Source: a virus. From it: a stretch of 58,147 nt of DNA. The first letter of the stretch is position 1. Each line of letters starts with the position of its first letter. Positions 18,601 through 27,679 of this stretch are shown here, in pieces. Both the position numbers and the translations under genes were made by a program. The DNA lies in the IMG/VR virus record IMGVR_UViG_3300045988_057866. One strand, written 5' to 3'. The notes under the pieces are model-generated. The model was not told the origin of the DNA. It saw nothing but the letters and a program-made list of their open reading frames with translations, and did no database searches.

Positions 18601-20150
18601 GTTACACCACAGAGGAAACAGACGAGTTCATTTCGCAGCTTGAAGCGTCGGCAGATTCAATGAACAGTCTTTCGGACGCAACGCAGAGCGCAGAGGAAGA
18701 TACACTGTCATACCAAGAGGCGGTATCGACCGCATACGACGGCGTTCGTTCTAAGGTAGAGGAATTATGCACTGCATACGATGAAGCCTATGCAGCGGCG
18801 CTTGAGAGCTTTCAAGGCCAGTTTGGATTGTTTGACGAGGCAAGCACAACCTCGGAGGAATACATGAATGCGACTGTTGCGAACGCACAGGCGGCCATGG
18901 ACAGCCAGTTGGCATATTGGGACACTTACCTCTCGAATGTTGAAACCTTGAAATCTGTTTCGGCAGAGGACTTGGGAGTAACGCAGGAGAATTACGAGGC
19001 GTTAATGGCGTATGCACAGTCTGGAACCGAGGAGGCTGCCGGGCTTGCAGCGAGCATGGCAGACGCAATCAATAACGGGAATACGGAGGCTGTTGCAGCC
19101 CTCGCAAATACCGTTGGAGAGGTACAGGCAAAGCAAGAGGAAGCGTCGCAGGCTGTAGCAGACTGGCAGACGAATTTCACGGCTTCTCTCGGAGAAATCG
19201 AGCAGGAAATGTCAACGGCAATCGAGGGCATGGACTTATCAGAGGAGGCGCAGGCAAGTGCGAAAGCAACAATATCCGCCTACATCGAGCAGATAAGTTC
19301 GAGCGCAGGAGAAGCCTCAAAAGCGGCAGAGGGAGTTGTTGAAGCTATCCGTACAGCTCTTTCTTCCGCAGAAAACGATGCGAAAGTTAATGTTGATGTT
19401 GAGTATAAGCCAAATACGGAAAGTCTTGACAATCTTACGATTCCAGAGAAAACCGGAGAGGCAAAATACGAGATTGATACAAGCCAGATTGAAGCGTACA
19501 CCATGCCGGACACATCGGCGGAGGCGGAGTACAAGCTCAACTCCACGATTGTTGACAATTACACGCCGGAGGACAAAGAGGCGGACGCTATTTACGATGT
19601 CAATTCGCTTGCGGTTGACAACTGGCGACCACCAAACAAGACGGCGACGCTCACCTACAATATTACAACCTCTGGAAGCGTACCGGGTCATGCAAACGGT
19701 ACGACGAATGCGGAGAGCTTGTTCCTCGCAGGTGAGAACGGGCCGGAGCTTGTAGCGAGACCGGCGGCAGCATACGCAAACGGCACGACAGACAGCACGG
19801 ACTACTTTATCGCTGGCGAAAATGGGCCGGAGCTTATCATCGGTGAGCAGGGCAGCACCGTATTCCCGACGGAGGAGACGGACAGGCTGATAGGCGCACT
19901 GAACGACAGAGAGAAGCCGTTGCGGGTAAGGGAGACATCGGGAAGCAGTACCGGCAAAGAGAAAACGTCGGAAGATGTGAAGCGTATTCTCCTTGAAATC
20001 GCAGGCAGCGGCGCAATCGAAGTCGGAGGAAGCGGCGGAGCCGATAAGGAGACCATTCTTGAGGTTCTGTACGACCATTTGAAGCCGGTTCTTATGAACA
20101 TTATCCAGAGCGAAATTTACGAGGAGGGAGAGCTGTCTTATGAGTACTAA
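15696..20150 (+). CDS. Tail tape measure protein
   Basis: About 1484 aa. The protein is A/E-rich and coiled-coil-like, with a central hydrophobic block (TAIGVGAGTVAVAIAGVAFATSSAIPAIVSFGV...). ATG at 15696 follows GGAGGTGAGG. Confidence 0.9.
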   Translation: MQELKARFSLLDDMSAQIERIAEAGMQMVEQFEDAGSAAGDAFDGIESGVATAAGSVDGVATSIGNVQEATDSAAAAMDDYGNAATGAAGQADALANSAESAAEAAESFTDAADGYGNAAEQAASQTDYWTEAVGNYDKSALEAVYSTEELVEMGFKSADALEEQERMFELCEQSASNLSKSIEATSDIQSDLNAAMEQAAEVMTSVADNENVSAETKAELSKAAVEAAEAMSELNAAQQDAEAAMAEYDAVMTSGTTDLGELESAAERAGIAAENLAAANGRASEATDELSKATEQASEEAEKAEKKGTDAVEGIAQALAAAGITAMVKDIADSAYELVEAFSEAESTVVKATGASGEALDGLTASMMDAYAASKSGSLDDTAGAIGEINTRMALTGEELTKVTGQFLDYAEITGTNVVGSVQNVTKIMNKWGVEATDVESVLDKLAYAGQISGISVDSLSSTLITGSASLQEMGLSLDNAISLLASLELYGMNSTTVVTAMRTAVKNFSADGLDAQTALQSTITEIANMENAADATALAIDTFGSRAGVDMANAIRSGAISIETLTGNLDVAQGTLSSTAETAQTLDQKWEQASKNINSAFTTTVQPTVDKLSSRFADLANSVGDFLNDHPTVTKAITAIGVGAGTVAVAIAGVAFATSSAIPAIVSFGVSLNAALGPIGWVALGITAVTAAVAAFVAMSDDEQAATERLTYSAREHEATLEQLNAEYDEAVSKYGASSEQAGELAVQISRLEAAYGDAGKTIGQFIEEIEQTGEAIADIQTKYDDAVTSASDLEKGSMNLASQLMVLSSQSDITSADLDLMSGIVDKLNDNYGELSLAVDKTTGKLNMSVPELYSFIQEKADEQKKTAATDALTEAISKYGEARKQMQDASTEVGAAWDNYQEMTEKWRTEHPIKAYLGEGAEMNWDKDLGQAFDDWEALKDASAEASENYNQLEEQIRQYCETLGYTTEETDEFISQLEASADSMNSLSDATQSAEEDTLSYQEAVSTAYDGVRSKVEELCTAYDEAYAAALESFQGQFGLFDEASTTSEEYMNATVANAQAAMDSQLAYWDTYLSNVETLKSVSAEDLGVTQENYEALMAYAQSGTEEAAGLAASMADAINNGNTEAVAALANTVGEVQAKQEEASQAVADWQTNFTASLGEIEQEMSTAIEGMDLSEEAQASAKATISAYIEQISSSAGEASKAAEGVVEAIRTALSSAENDAKVNVDVEYKPNTESLDNLTIPEKTGEAKYEIDTSQIEAYTMPDTSAEAEYKLNSTIVDNYTPEDKEADAIYDVNSLAVDNWRPPNKTATLTYNITTSGSVPGHANGTTNAESLFLAGENGPELVARPAAAYANGTTDSTDYFIAGENGPELIIGEQGSTVFPTEETDRLIGALNDREKPLRVRETSGSSTGKEKTSEDVKRILLEIAGSGAIEVGGSGGADKETILEVLYDHLKPVLMNIIQSEIYEEGELSYEY

Positions 20151-20799
20151 GTACCAGATGTGGTTGACATACAACGCAGAAAAAGAGAAGATTCAGCTCC
20201 CCGTCCTCCCGGAGAGCTTTGAGGTAAACAACGGCAGCAACAACGAAAGCATGAACATCACGGGGCTGGGCGAAATTGTTATCATGCAGAGCCGCCCAGC
20301 CCTGCAATTTAGCTGGTCTTGCTTTTTCCCGGCGACCAAGTTTCCGGGGCTGCAGGTCAGCAAGATTACAAAGCCCCTCACGCTTGTTCAGAAAATCAAC
20401 ACATGGAAAGCCAGCAAGAAGCCGGTACATCTTATTGTAACGGCCTGTGGCGTAGATGTTTATGCCACAATCGAGGAGTTTACCTACTCAGAGGAGGGCG
20501 GAGACCCCGGAACGTATCAGTACAGCATAAAGCTGAAAGAATACCGGGAGATTACCGTCCGACAGGTTAAGGTGAATATTCCAAAGGCGACGGCAACCGT
20601 GAAGAAAGAGACACCGAGGGTCAACAACTCGGCGCAGCCAAAGACCTATACGGTAAAGAGCGGCGATTGTCTCTGGAACATTGCCAAGAAGTTTTACGGC
20701 AATGGGGCGCAATACACCAAGATTTACAATGCAAACAAAGGGGTAATAGGAGGGAACCCGAACCTCATTTACCCCGGACAGGTTTTGACAATACCGTAA
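20140..20799 (+). CDS. LysM-domain tail protein (XkdP-like)
   Basis: C-terminal LysM motif YTVKSGDCLWNIAKKFYGNGAQYTKIYNANK...IYPGQVLTIP, and a position right after the tape measure gene. Confidence 0.8.
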   Translation: MSTKYQMWLTYNAEKEKIQLPVLPESFEVNNGSNNESMNITGLGEIVIMQSRPALQFSWSCFFPATKFPGLQVSKITKPLTLVQKINTWKASKKPVHLIVTACGVDVYATIEEFTYSEEGGDPGTYQYSIKLKEYREITVRQVKVNIPKATATVKKETPRVNNSAQPKTYTVKSGDCLWNIAKKFYGNGAQYTKIYNANKGVIGGNPNLIYPGQVLTIP

Positions 20800-20811
20800 G
20801 GAGGCGAGGAC

Positions 20812-22035
20812 ATGGCACAAGGGGTTAGCCTTATTGTTGTCAAAGGAACACAAGGCTACGATGTGACCGAACTCGTTGAGCAGATTAAGTGGAGAGGCAG
20901 AAAAGGAAGCAGCTCCCGAACCCTTACGGTAAAGCTGATTGACGACGACGGTTACAAACACGCCCGAAGCGGGATTGATGTAGAGCAGGGGCAGCAGTGC
21001 CTATTCAATTACAACGGGAAAGAGCTTTTCCGTGGAATTATTATGAAGCAGGTGCAGAACAGCAAGAAGCGGCTCACGTTTACAGCCTATGACAACGGGA
21101 TTTACCTTGCGAATAACAAGGACACATTCACCTATGAGAATAAGACGGCCAGCGACGTGTTCAAGGATTGCTGCACGAGGTTCGGCCTGCCAATGGGAGA
21201 AGTTGCGAACTGCACTTATAAAATCCCGGAGCTTACCAAGAGTAAGACAACGGCGTTTGACGCTATTGCAGACGCTCTCAGCCTTGATTTCGACGCAACG
21301 GGCATAAGACACTACGTTTCCAGCGAAAAGGGCAAAATCAAGCTGCTCACGAGGCGAGAGAACATCATGCAGTGGGTTATCGAGGTAGGCCAGAACCTTT
21401 CAACCTACACCTATACCCGCAGCATTGAGGACATCAAAACCCGCATAAAGCTGGTATCGAAAGAGGGGACGACCATTGCGGAGAGGAAGAACAGCTCCCT
21501 CGAAAGCAAGATAGGCGTATTCCAGAACATCGACCAGCCGGACGAAAGCCTCACAAAGGCGCAGATAAATGACCTTATTGACAGTATGCTCGATGAACAG
21601 AGTACGCCGGAGCGCACTCTCGATGTTGAGGCGGTTGGGATACCAGATGTTATATCGGGTATCGGGGTTTATATCATCATCAAAGAATTAGGGCTGTCCC
21701 GGACGTTCTATGTGGACGAGGACACCCACATATTCGAGGACAACAAGCACACCATGACGCTGAAACTGAACTATGCAAACGACCTTTCCAAACCGGGAAA
21801 GGCCAGCGGAGCGCAGACCGGCGGAGGCGAGCATAAGGTAGGCGATATTGTTCAGTTCAACGGCGGATACCACTATGTAAGCAGCACAGCAGGAAGCCCG
21901 ACAGGAAGCAAGTGTGCAGCCGGTAAAGCAAAAATCACACTGGTTGCAAAGGGAGCAAAACACCCGTGGCATTTGATACACCAAGACAGCAGTTCAAGGG
22001 TCTACGGCTGGGTTGACGACGGAACATTCAGTTAG
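20812..22035 (+). CDS. XkdQ / gpD-like baseplate hub-associated tail protein with an SH3-like C-terminus
   Basis: Position and size (407 aa) in the xkd-like order. The C-terminal GDIVQFNGGYHYVSS...VYGWVDDGTF looks SH3-like. Confidence 0.6.
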   Translation: MAQGVSLIVVKGTQGYDVTELVEQIKWRGRKGSSSRTLTVKLIDDDGYKHARSGIDVEQGQQCLFNYNGKELFRGIIMKQVQNSKKRLTFTAYDNGIYLANNKDTFTYENKTASDVFKDCCTRFGLPMGEVANCTYKIPELTKSKTTAFDAIADALSLDFDATGIRHYVSSEKGKIKLLTRRENIMQWVIEVGQNLSTYTYTRSIEDIKTRIKLVSKEGTTIAERKNSSLESKIGVFQNIDQPDESLTKAQINDLIDSMLDEQSTPERTLDVEAVGIPDVISGIGVYIIIKELGLSRTFYVDEDTHIFEDNKHTMTLKLNYANDLSKPGKASGAQTGGGEHKVGDIVQFNGGYHYVSSTAGSPTGSKCAAGKAKITLVAKGAKHPWHLIHQDSSSRVYGWVDDGTFS

Positions 22036-22046
22036 GAGGTGCGGAT

Positions 22047-22418
22047 ATGGAAGAAAGCGAACAGACGAGCCTCAAGGGGCTTTTTCAAGGTATGTGCGGC
22101 GGTGATGTGCAGGTATTACAGGGCATTGTAAAGTCCGCAAGCCCTCTGAAAATTCAGATTGTCAACGACGAAAAGTTGGTTATCGGGCCGAACATCACCT
22201 ATGTACCGAGGCACTTAACAAACTACACGACGACCTGCTCTCTTTCCAAAGGGGCAAGGGGGAGCGTGAACGGGCCTACATCTGACGGCAGCAGGCTCAC
22301 GGACTTCAATTTCAGCGGCAGCATTACGGTATATAATGCGCTGCAAGCCGGGGAGACAGTACACATTCTGTCATTCAACCATGGCAAACAATACTATGTA
22401 CTGGATAGGATAAGCTGA
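22047..22418 (+). CDS. XkdR-like small baseplate protein
   Basis: Positional call in the xkd-like order. 123 aa, with a good RBS. Confidence 0.5.
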   Translation: MEESEQTSLKGLFQGMCGGDVQVLQGIVKSASPLKIQIVNDEKLVIGPNITYVPRHLTNYTTTCSLSKGARGSVNGPTSDGSRLTDFNFSGSITVYNALQAGETVHILSFNHGKQYYVLDRIS

Positions 22419-22419
22419 C

Positions 22420-22827
22420 GTGGACGAGGTTTTTATTCCTATCCCTATCGACGAGGTAACAGAGGCGGAGGAGCAGCCGTCATTGACATACCGCCTTGAC
22501 CTCGATAACGGCAGGATTGTGGGGAAAGTGGACGGGCTGGAAGCAGTAAACCAAGCTATACGGAAAGCAATCATCACACCCCGTTTCAAGTGCCTTATCT
22601 ACGACGACCAGTACGGCAGTGAAGTGGAGGAGGCAATTATCACAAAGGACGCAAGCCCGGAATACATCGAGGCAGTAACAGAGGGATTTATCAAAGACGC
22701 TCTTGCGCCGGACACCCGGATATTGGAGATTTACGACTTTGAGTTTGAGTTCCAAGAGGATAAAGCCTATGTGTATTTTAAGGCGGACACCATTTACGGA
22801 AAAACAGAGATAGAGGAGGTGATTTAG
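22420..22827 (+). CDS. XkdS / gp25-W-like baseplate protein
   Basis: Positional call. GTG start 1 nt after the upstream stop. 135 aa. Confidence 0.5.
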   Translation: MDEVFIPIPIDEVTEAEEQPSLTYRLDLDNGRIVGKVDGLEAVNQAIRKAIITPRFKCLIYDDQYGSEVEEAIITKDASPEYIEAVTEGFIKDALAPDTRILEIYDFEFEFQEDKAYVYFKADTIYGKTEIEEVI

Positions 22828-22828
22828 A

Positions 22829-23938
22829 GTGTTTGAAGATTACACATACGAGCTGCTTATGGAAGATGTTCTCAACAATGCCCCGGAGGGAATTGACACG
22901 AGACAGGGCAGCGTATTTTACGACGCAGTTTCCGGGCCGGTAATGAAAATCGCAAAGCTCTACACCGACCTTGACCTCATTGTTGAAATGACGAGCGTTT
23001 CAACGGCAGTCGGGGACGCATTGGACGTAAAGGCCGGTGAATACGGCGTTACGAGACTGGCGGCCACGAAAGCAAAGTACAGGGTATCATTCGAGGGAAC
23101 GCAGCCGGAGTTAGGAGAGAGATTTTACAGCGACGGCAAATATTTCGTTCTGAGAGAGGACGCAGAAGCGAGCGTGTTCTACCTTGAGGCAGAGAACGTC
23201 GGAGAGGACGGCAACGAGATTTACAGCGGAACCCCGGCAGTCCCGGTCAACAGCATTGAGGGGCTTGAGGCTGCGACGTTTGGAGAGATTTACGAGCGAG
23301 GCAGCGACAGTGAGGGCGACGAAAGCCTCAGAAGCCGTGTGCAGGAGAAAATCGCAGGCCCGGCAGAGAACGGCAATAAGCAGCATTACAAGACATGGTG
23401 CGAGGGCCGGGAGGGTGTCGGCAGGGCGAGAATATTTCCGCTATGGAACGGGCCGAACACGGTCAAGGGTGTTCTGATTGATACCACCGGGAAGCCGTGT
23501 GGAAATGCAAAGGTGGCGGAGGTTCAGCACTACATCGACCCGGCGACAATGGGCTACACGGCAGTTGTTGACGGGAAAAGCTATGTTGTGGGCGACGGGC
23601 TGGGAGAGGGTGTGGCAAACCTCGGAGCGCATTTCACGGCAGCAGCGGCCACGCCTCTTACCGTTTCAATTTCCTTTTCGGCGGAGATTGCCAGCGGAGC
23701 AACGAAAGACGCAGTACGGCAGGAGGCAACAACGGCCATTGCGGAGTATTTCAAAGAGCTGGTATTAAAGACCACGGAGGCGGCGGACATTGTTGTGCGT
23801 GTTTCCAATATCGGAGCTATTTTGAGCAGCCTTACCACCCTGCTTGATTACAGCGATTTGAAGCTGAACGGCAGCGCACACAATATCATTCCCGGAGAGG
23901 ACGACGTACCTATCGTTGGGGAGGTGGTTATTGAATGA
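22829..23938 (+). CDS. Baseplate J-like protein (XkdT-like)
   Basis: 369 aa, with a GTG start after GAGGAGGTG. Position and size fit baseplate J family proteins. Confidence 0.7.
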   Translation: MFEDYTYELLMEDVLNNAPEGIDTRQGSVFYDAVSGPVMKIAKLYTDLDLIVEMTSVSTAVGDALDVKAGEYGVTRLAATKAKYRVSFEGTQPELGERFYSDGKYFVLREDAEASVFYLEAENVGEDGNEIYSGTPAVPVNSIEGLEAATFGEIYERGSDSEGDESLRSRVQEKIAGPAENGNKQHYKTWCEGREGVGRARIFPLWNGPNTVKGVLIDTTGKPCGNAKVAEVQHYIDPATMGYTAVVDGKSYVVGDGLGEGVANLGAHFTAAAATPLTVSISFSAEIASGATKDAVRQEATTAIAEYFKELVLKTTEAADIVVRVSNIGAILSSLTTLLDYSDLKLNGSAHNIIPGEDDVPIVGEVVIE

Positions 23939-24744
23939 GGTTCTATGAGAAGCAGTTCGAGAACAACTTCGAGGAGCTGATAACCTACTACCCACGATTT
24001 TACCGGGACGTGTACGAAATGGTGGAAATCCTAAAGGCAAACGGCAGGGTATTTGACCGAATGGAGGGAGACATCGAGCAGACGTACCTCAACTGTTTTA
24101 TCGAGTACGCCGACGAGGAGACAATCAAAAAACTGGAAGATTTTCTTGATATAAGACTTAACAAGAGTAGGACGCTTGAGGAGCGCAGGAGGCTCGTTAA
24201 GTCTTATTTTATTGGCTTCGGAAAAGTCTCCGCCACCATGCTCAAGGAAATGATACAGAGCTACACCGGCGCAGAGGTTGAGTGCAAATTTGAACCATTC
24301 GACGAGGCCGGAAACAATATGCTCTACCTCAATTTCCAGAGAGGCAAGGAACCGACGCTCTACATGAGTGACATCAACCTGCTTCTCTCGAAGAAAATAC
24401 CGGCCCATATCAAGTGGAGGGCGGCGGTCACATACCGTTTTCCTATTGGCATTGGGAAGCGCAGGACGCACTACCCGTGTTCCTATGAGTTTTGCGGAAC
24501 AAAGCCGGAGCCGGTTCTGGTTGCTTCTACACATGGCATTGAGACGGTCACAGCACCCGGAGCCACCAATGCAGTTATGACCTATAAGAACAGCAGCGAG
24601 GGCGGCGTAACGCCGGAGGCAGGAACTACGCCGAACATTTCCACCCTTGCACACAATGACGCAATTAACGCCGCAGCAGAGGCAGCAGTGACCTCCTGCG
24701 GCGTTAATTATATCCCGTGTGGGACTATTTACACATCGCAGTAA
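23935..24744 (+). CDS. XkdU-like tail protein (gpI-like)
   Basis: It follows baseplate J with an overlapping start. The N-terminal YYPRFYRDVYEMVEILKA pattern is typical of this family as remembered. Confidence 0.55.
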   Translation: MRFYEKQFENNFEELITYYPRFYRDVYEMVEILKANGRVFDRMEGDIEQTYLNCFIEYADEETIKKLEDFLDIRLNKSRTLEERRRLVKSYFIGFGKVSATMLKEMIQSYTGAEVECKFEPFDEAGNNMLYLNFQRGKEPTLYMSDINLLLSKKIPAHIKWRAAVTYRFPIGIGKRRTHYPCSYEFCGTKPEPVLVASTHGIETVTAPGATNAVMTYKNSSEGGVTPEAGTTPNISTLAHNDAINAAAEAAVTSCGVNYIPCGTIYTSQ

Positions 24745-24756
24745 GGAGGCAGCGCA

Positions 24757-25068
24757 ATGGCATTTTGGACAGATGTTTTCTTGAACAAAGTTCGACAGGA
24801 CTGGCTCAAGAGGATTGTGAAAATCCAGTATTACGCCGGAGGGGTCTGGTATGACGCAATGATTACCAATAAGACCATTGAGGGCGACACGCTGAAAATC
24901 ACAAGCCAGACAACAGACAGCAAAGCCCTTGTTGTAACCAGCGTAAGGCTGATTGACACGGGCGGAGACGTAGCCGGGCAGATTTCGGAGAGTATCACGA
25001 AACTTGATACGCAGGGTGTTATCACCCTTTGGGAGTTTCCGCTCTACGAGATTACCAGCACACAGTAA
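24757..25068 (+). CDS. Hypothetical tail-fibre-module protein
   Basis: A 103-aa ORF with a strong RBS. Confidence 0.5.
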   Translation: MAFWTDVFLNKVRQDWLKRIVKIQYYAGGVWYDAMITNKTIEGDTLKITSQTTDSKALVVTSVRLIDTGGDVAGQISESITKLDTQGVITLWEFPLYEITSTQ

Positions 25069-25083
25069 GGAGGTGAAGAACAG

Positions 25084-25620
25084 ATGTATAGCAATTTACA
25101 GTGGCTCGACCATGCAGTGACACCAGACCGCACATTCAAAATGCAGACCAACAGCGACGGAACGGTGACACTCACACCGGCGGGCAAAGTTATCCAGCAG
25201 GGAACGAACATGAGTGCGGCCAACTTCAACAACATGGAAATGGGGCTGACCGACCATGACCTCGCCGTGAAGATTTTTATTATGGCTCTTAGACAGATTG
25301 AGAGCCGCACGACGGACAGTGAGGCAGACATCGACGAGCTGGCAGCGGATATTCTGGCAGAGGTTACGCCGGAGGAGCAGACCGTAACACTGACAAATGG
25401 GGCGAGATACCCGTTCAACAGCAGCAGCAAGAGTGTGAGCCTCAAGGCGAACCGCAAGACCAAAAACTACACGGTGGAATATGAGGTAAGCAGCTCTGAC
25501 GGCAACGTGGGAGAAATTGTTGCAGGCAGCAAGGCTCTCAATGGCTTCTCTATGGCGTTCACCGGCAGCGCAAAGACCGTAACCGTAAAACTGAAAATCA
25601 GAGGAGGAATTATCGCATGA
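25084..25620 (+). CDS. Hypothetical tail-fibre-module protein
   Basis: A 178-aa ORF with a strong RBS. Confidence 0.5.
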   Translation: MYSNLQWLDHAVTPDRTFKMQTNSDGTVTLTPAGKVIQQGTNMSAANFNNMEMGLTDHDLAVKIFIMALRQIESRTTDSEADIDELAADILAEVTPEEQTVTLTNGARYPFNSSSKSVSLKANRKTKNYTVEYEVSSSDGNVGEIVAGSKALNGFSMAFTGSAKTVTVKLKIRGGIIA

Positions 25621-25985
25621 AAGTAATTGAGATTAACGAGGGTTCAAAAATCCCTTATGAAGTGAGCAAGACAAAGATTTGCTTTGACGACGACCTCACA
25701 ATCAACCTTGCAAAGAGACAGGAGGACTGGCCGGTACACATCGACATTCTCACCGACGGGGACGGTGTTCTTGTAACCGGAGCAGAGAGTGGCAACTACT
25801 ATGTTGCGCAGATTGACATTCCGGCAAGGGAATACAAGAAGCCGGAGGCAACAGAGGAGACAGCAACCGTCGAGGAGGGTGGAGAGCAGGCGGGTACAAC
25901 CGACGCTCCGCAGCCGGAGCCGTTACCGCTGGATATGGAAAAGGTTACGCTCACACTTTGGGCGTTGGTAAATTACGAGGCATAA
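25617..25985 (+). CDS. Hypothetical tail-fibre-module protein
   Basis: A 122-aa ORF with an overlapping start. Confidence 0.5.
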   Translation: MKVIEINEGSKIPYEVSKTKICFDDDLTINLAKRQEDWPVHIDILTDGDGVLVTGAESGNYYVAQIDIPAREYKKPEATEETATVEEGGEQAGTTDAPQPEPLPLDMEKVTLTLWALVNYEA

Positions 25986-26000
25986 GGAGGAAAAGAGACA

Positions 26001-27071
26001 ATGAGTAATTTTGATTTATCGAGCCTTGCGCTCGCTTCTGCGTTCCCTACGAACAAAATTCTGACAGACGACAAAGGGCTGCCGTCTGTCATGGTTTACA
26101 TTCCGAAATTTAAGATGTCAGACGTTATCGACGGAGCCGGGGACAGCACTCACCCGGCTTTTATTGTCAATGGAGTTGAAAAGGACGGCATTTACATTTC
26201 CAAGTACCAGAACGTCGCATACAACAACAGAGCCTACTCGCTGCCGGGTGAAGACCCGAAAGTAAGTATCACGGCAGACACCGCCCGTAAATACTGCGAG
26301 GACAAAGGTGCAGGCTGGCACATGATGTCCGCTATGGAATGGGGCGCACTTGCTTTATGGTGCAAGAAAAACGGCTGGATGCCTTGGGGTAATAACAACT
26401 ACGGCAAGGACACCAGAGAGACCATGAAGAAAGGCGTACCGGCCAAGTATGAGAGCGACGGCAGAACCGCTACTATCCTTACCGGCACTGGCCCGGTGGA
26501 GTATTCCCACAACAAGCAGCTCGACGGAATTTACGACCTCAACGGCAACGTGTGGGAGTGGAGCGACGGCATGAGACTTGTTTACGGTGAGCTGCAGGTG
26601 CTTGAGAACAACAACGCAGCAGACAGCTCCAACAGCAAGGCGGCCAGCTCCGCAGCATGGAAAGCAATCGACGGAACTACCGGCGCACTAATTGCCCCGG
26701 ACGGCAGCGGCACAACGACCAACTCTCTCAAACTGGATATGGTAAGCAGCAAGGGTAAATGGATTACCGGCACACTGTCCGACAAGAAAGATGAGGGACG
26801 AGGCTGCAGCTTCGCAAGCGTGACCGCAGATACCAATGTTTGCGACAAGGCGAAAGCGATTTTGTATGCGCTTGCTATGCTGCCGGATAGCACCACATTT
26901 GACTACGAGGGCGACTACTTCTGGTTTAACAACGGCAACGCCGAGCGTTTCCCGTTTCGTGGTGGCTTCTGGAGCTACGGTGCGCGTGCGGGTCTGTTCT
27001 GCACGTCGTTGAACAGCCCTCGTTCCAGTTCCTACTGGTACCTCGGCTTCCGCTCCGCTTTTTATGAATAA
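26001..27071 (+). CDS. DGR target protein 1: FGE-sulfatase / C-type-lectin-fold protein, probable receptor-binding tail fibre protein
   Basis: It carries GAGWHMMSAMEWGALALW and YDLNGNVWEWSDG motifs (FGE-like CLec fold). VR1 occupies the last 39 codons, and the gene is the last in the tail module. Confidence 0.85.
   Translation: MSNFDLSSLALASAFPTNKILTDDKGLPSVMVYIPKFKMSDVIDGAGDSTHPAFIVNGVEKDGIYISKYQNVAYNNRAYSLPGEDPKVSITADTARKYCEDKGAGWHMMSAMEWGALALWCKKNGWMPWGNNNYGKDTRETMKKGVPAKYESDGRTATILTGTGPVEYSHNKQLDGIYDLNGNVWEWSDGMRLVYGELQVLENNNAADSSNSKAASSAAWKAIDGTTGALIAPDGSGTTTNSLKLDMVSSKGKWITGTLSDKKDEGRGCSFASVTADTNVCDKAKAILYALAMLPDSTTFDYEGDYFWFNNGNAERFPFRGGFWSYGARAGLFCTSLNSPRSSSYWYLGFRSAFYE
26944..27059 (+). 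repeat. DGR variable repeat VR1
   Basis: It aligns without gaps to TR 27564-27679 (offset 620). There are 16 mismatches: 15 at TR adenines and 1 silent C-to-G at 27008. Confidence 0.9.
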
Positions 27072-27099
27072 CTGCAAACTGATTACTGATTAACTGACT

Positions 27100-27119
27100 G
27101 GGAGGACGGTAGTCCTCCC
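27100..27119 (+). promoter_or_regulatory. GC-rich hairpin downstream of VR1 (candidate DGR target-recognition hairpin; may also terminate the late operon)
   Basis: GGGAGGAC-GGTA-GTCCTCCC has a perfect 8-bp stem and a 4-nt loop. It starts 40 nt after VR1 ends and is followed by TATATTTTT. Confidence 0.6.
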
Positions 27120-27149
27120 TATATTTTTGTAAGCAGAGGAGCAGAGTTC

Positions 27150-27539
27150 ATGGCAGAAGCAGAAAAGCAGTACAGCAAGGAAACAACGAGTTTCCTGCTG
27201 AAAGAAAAGATTGCCGACATGATAAAGTACGGCAAAAAGGCTGTGGCGAATTTTCCTCGGCGAGAACGCCAGACGGCAGACGAGATACGCCGGACAATGC
27301 TCAACATGTACCGGCTATCAATCACTATCGAAAAGAAATATTACAAGAAAACCACTCTACAAGACCTCGATATTGAATTGGACGTGCTGCGACACCTTAT
27401 ACGGTTGGCGCAGGACAAAGACTACTACGACCAGAATATGGCACCGCCGTTATCATTCCATAAATACGAGGTTTGGAGCGGGCTTCTCAACGAGATAGGC
27501 CGTATCATTGGCGGATATATGAAATACGCAAAGCAATAA
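27150..27539 (+). CDS. avd: Accessory variability determinant (Avd-like four-helix-bundle protein)
   Basis: A 129-aa basic helical protein between the target gene and TR. The FPRRERQTADEIRR segment resembles the Avd / 23S-rRNA-IVS protein family. Confidence 0.8.
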   Translation: MAEAEKQYSKETTSFLLKEKIADMIKYGKKAVANFPRRERQTADEIRRTMLNMYRLSITIEKKYYKKTTLQDLDIELDVLRHLIRLAQDKDYYDQNMAPPLSFHKYEVWSGLLNEIGRIIGGYMKYAKQ

Positions 27540-27563
27540 AAAGTTTTGGGGAGTAAGCCGGAT

Positions 27564-27679
27564 AGCGTTTCCCGATTCGTGGTGGCAACTGGAACAACGG
27601 TGCGAATGCGGGTCTGTTCTACACGAACTTGAACAACCCTCGTTCCAATTCCAACTGGAACATCGGCTTCCGCTCCGCT
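27564..27679 (+). repeat. DGR template repeat (TR)
   Basis: A non-coding copy of VR1/VR2. In the VR reading frame the variable positions are AAC/AAT codons, and the frame opens with a TAG (27563-27565). I counted 25 adenines in the 116 bp by hand. Confidence 0.9.
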
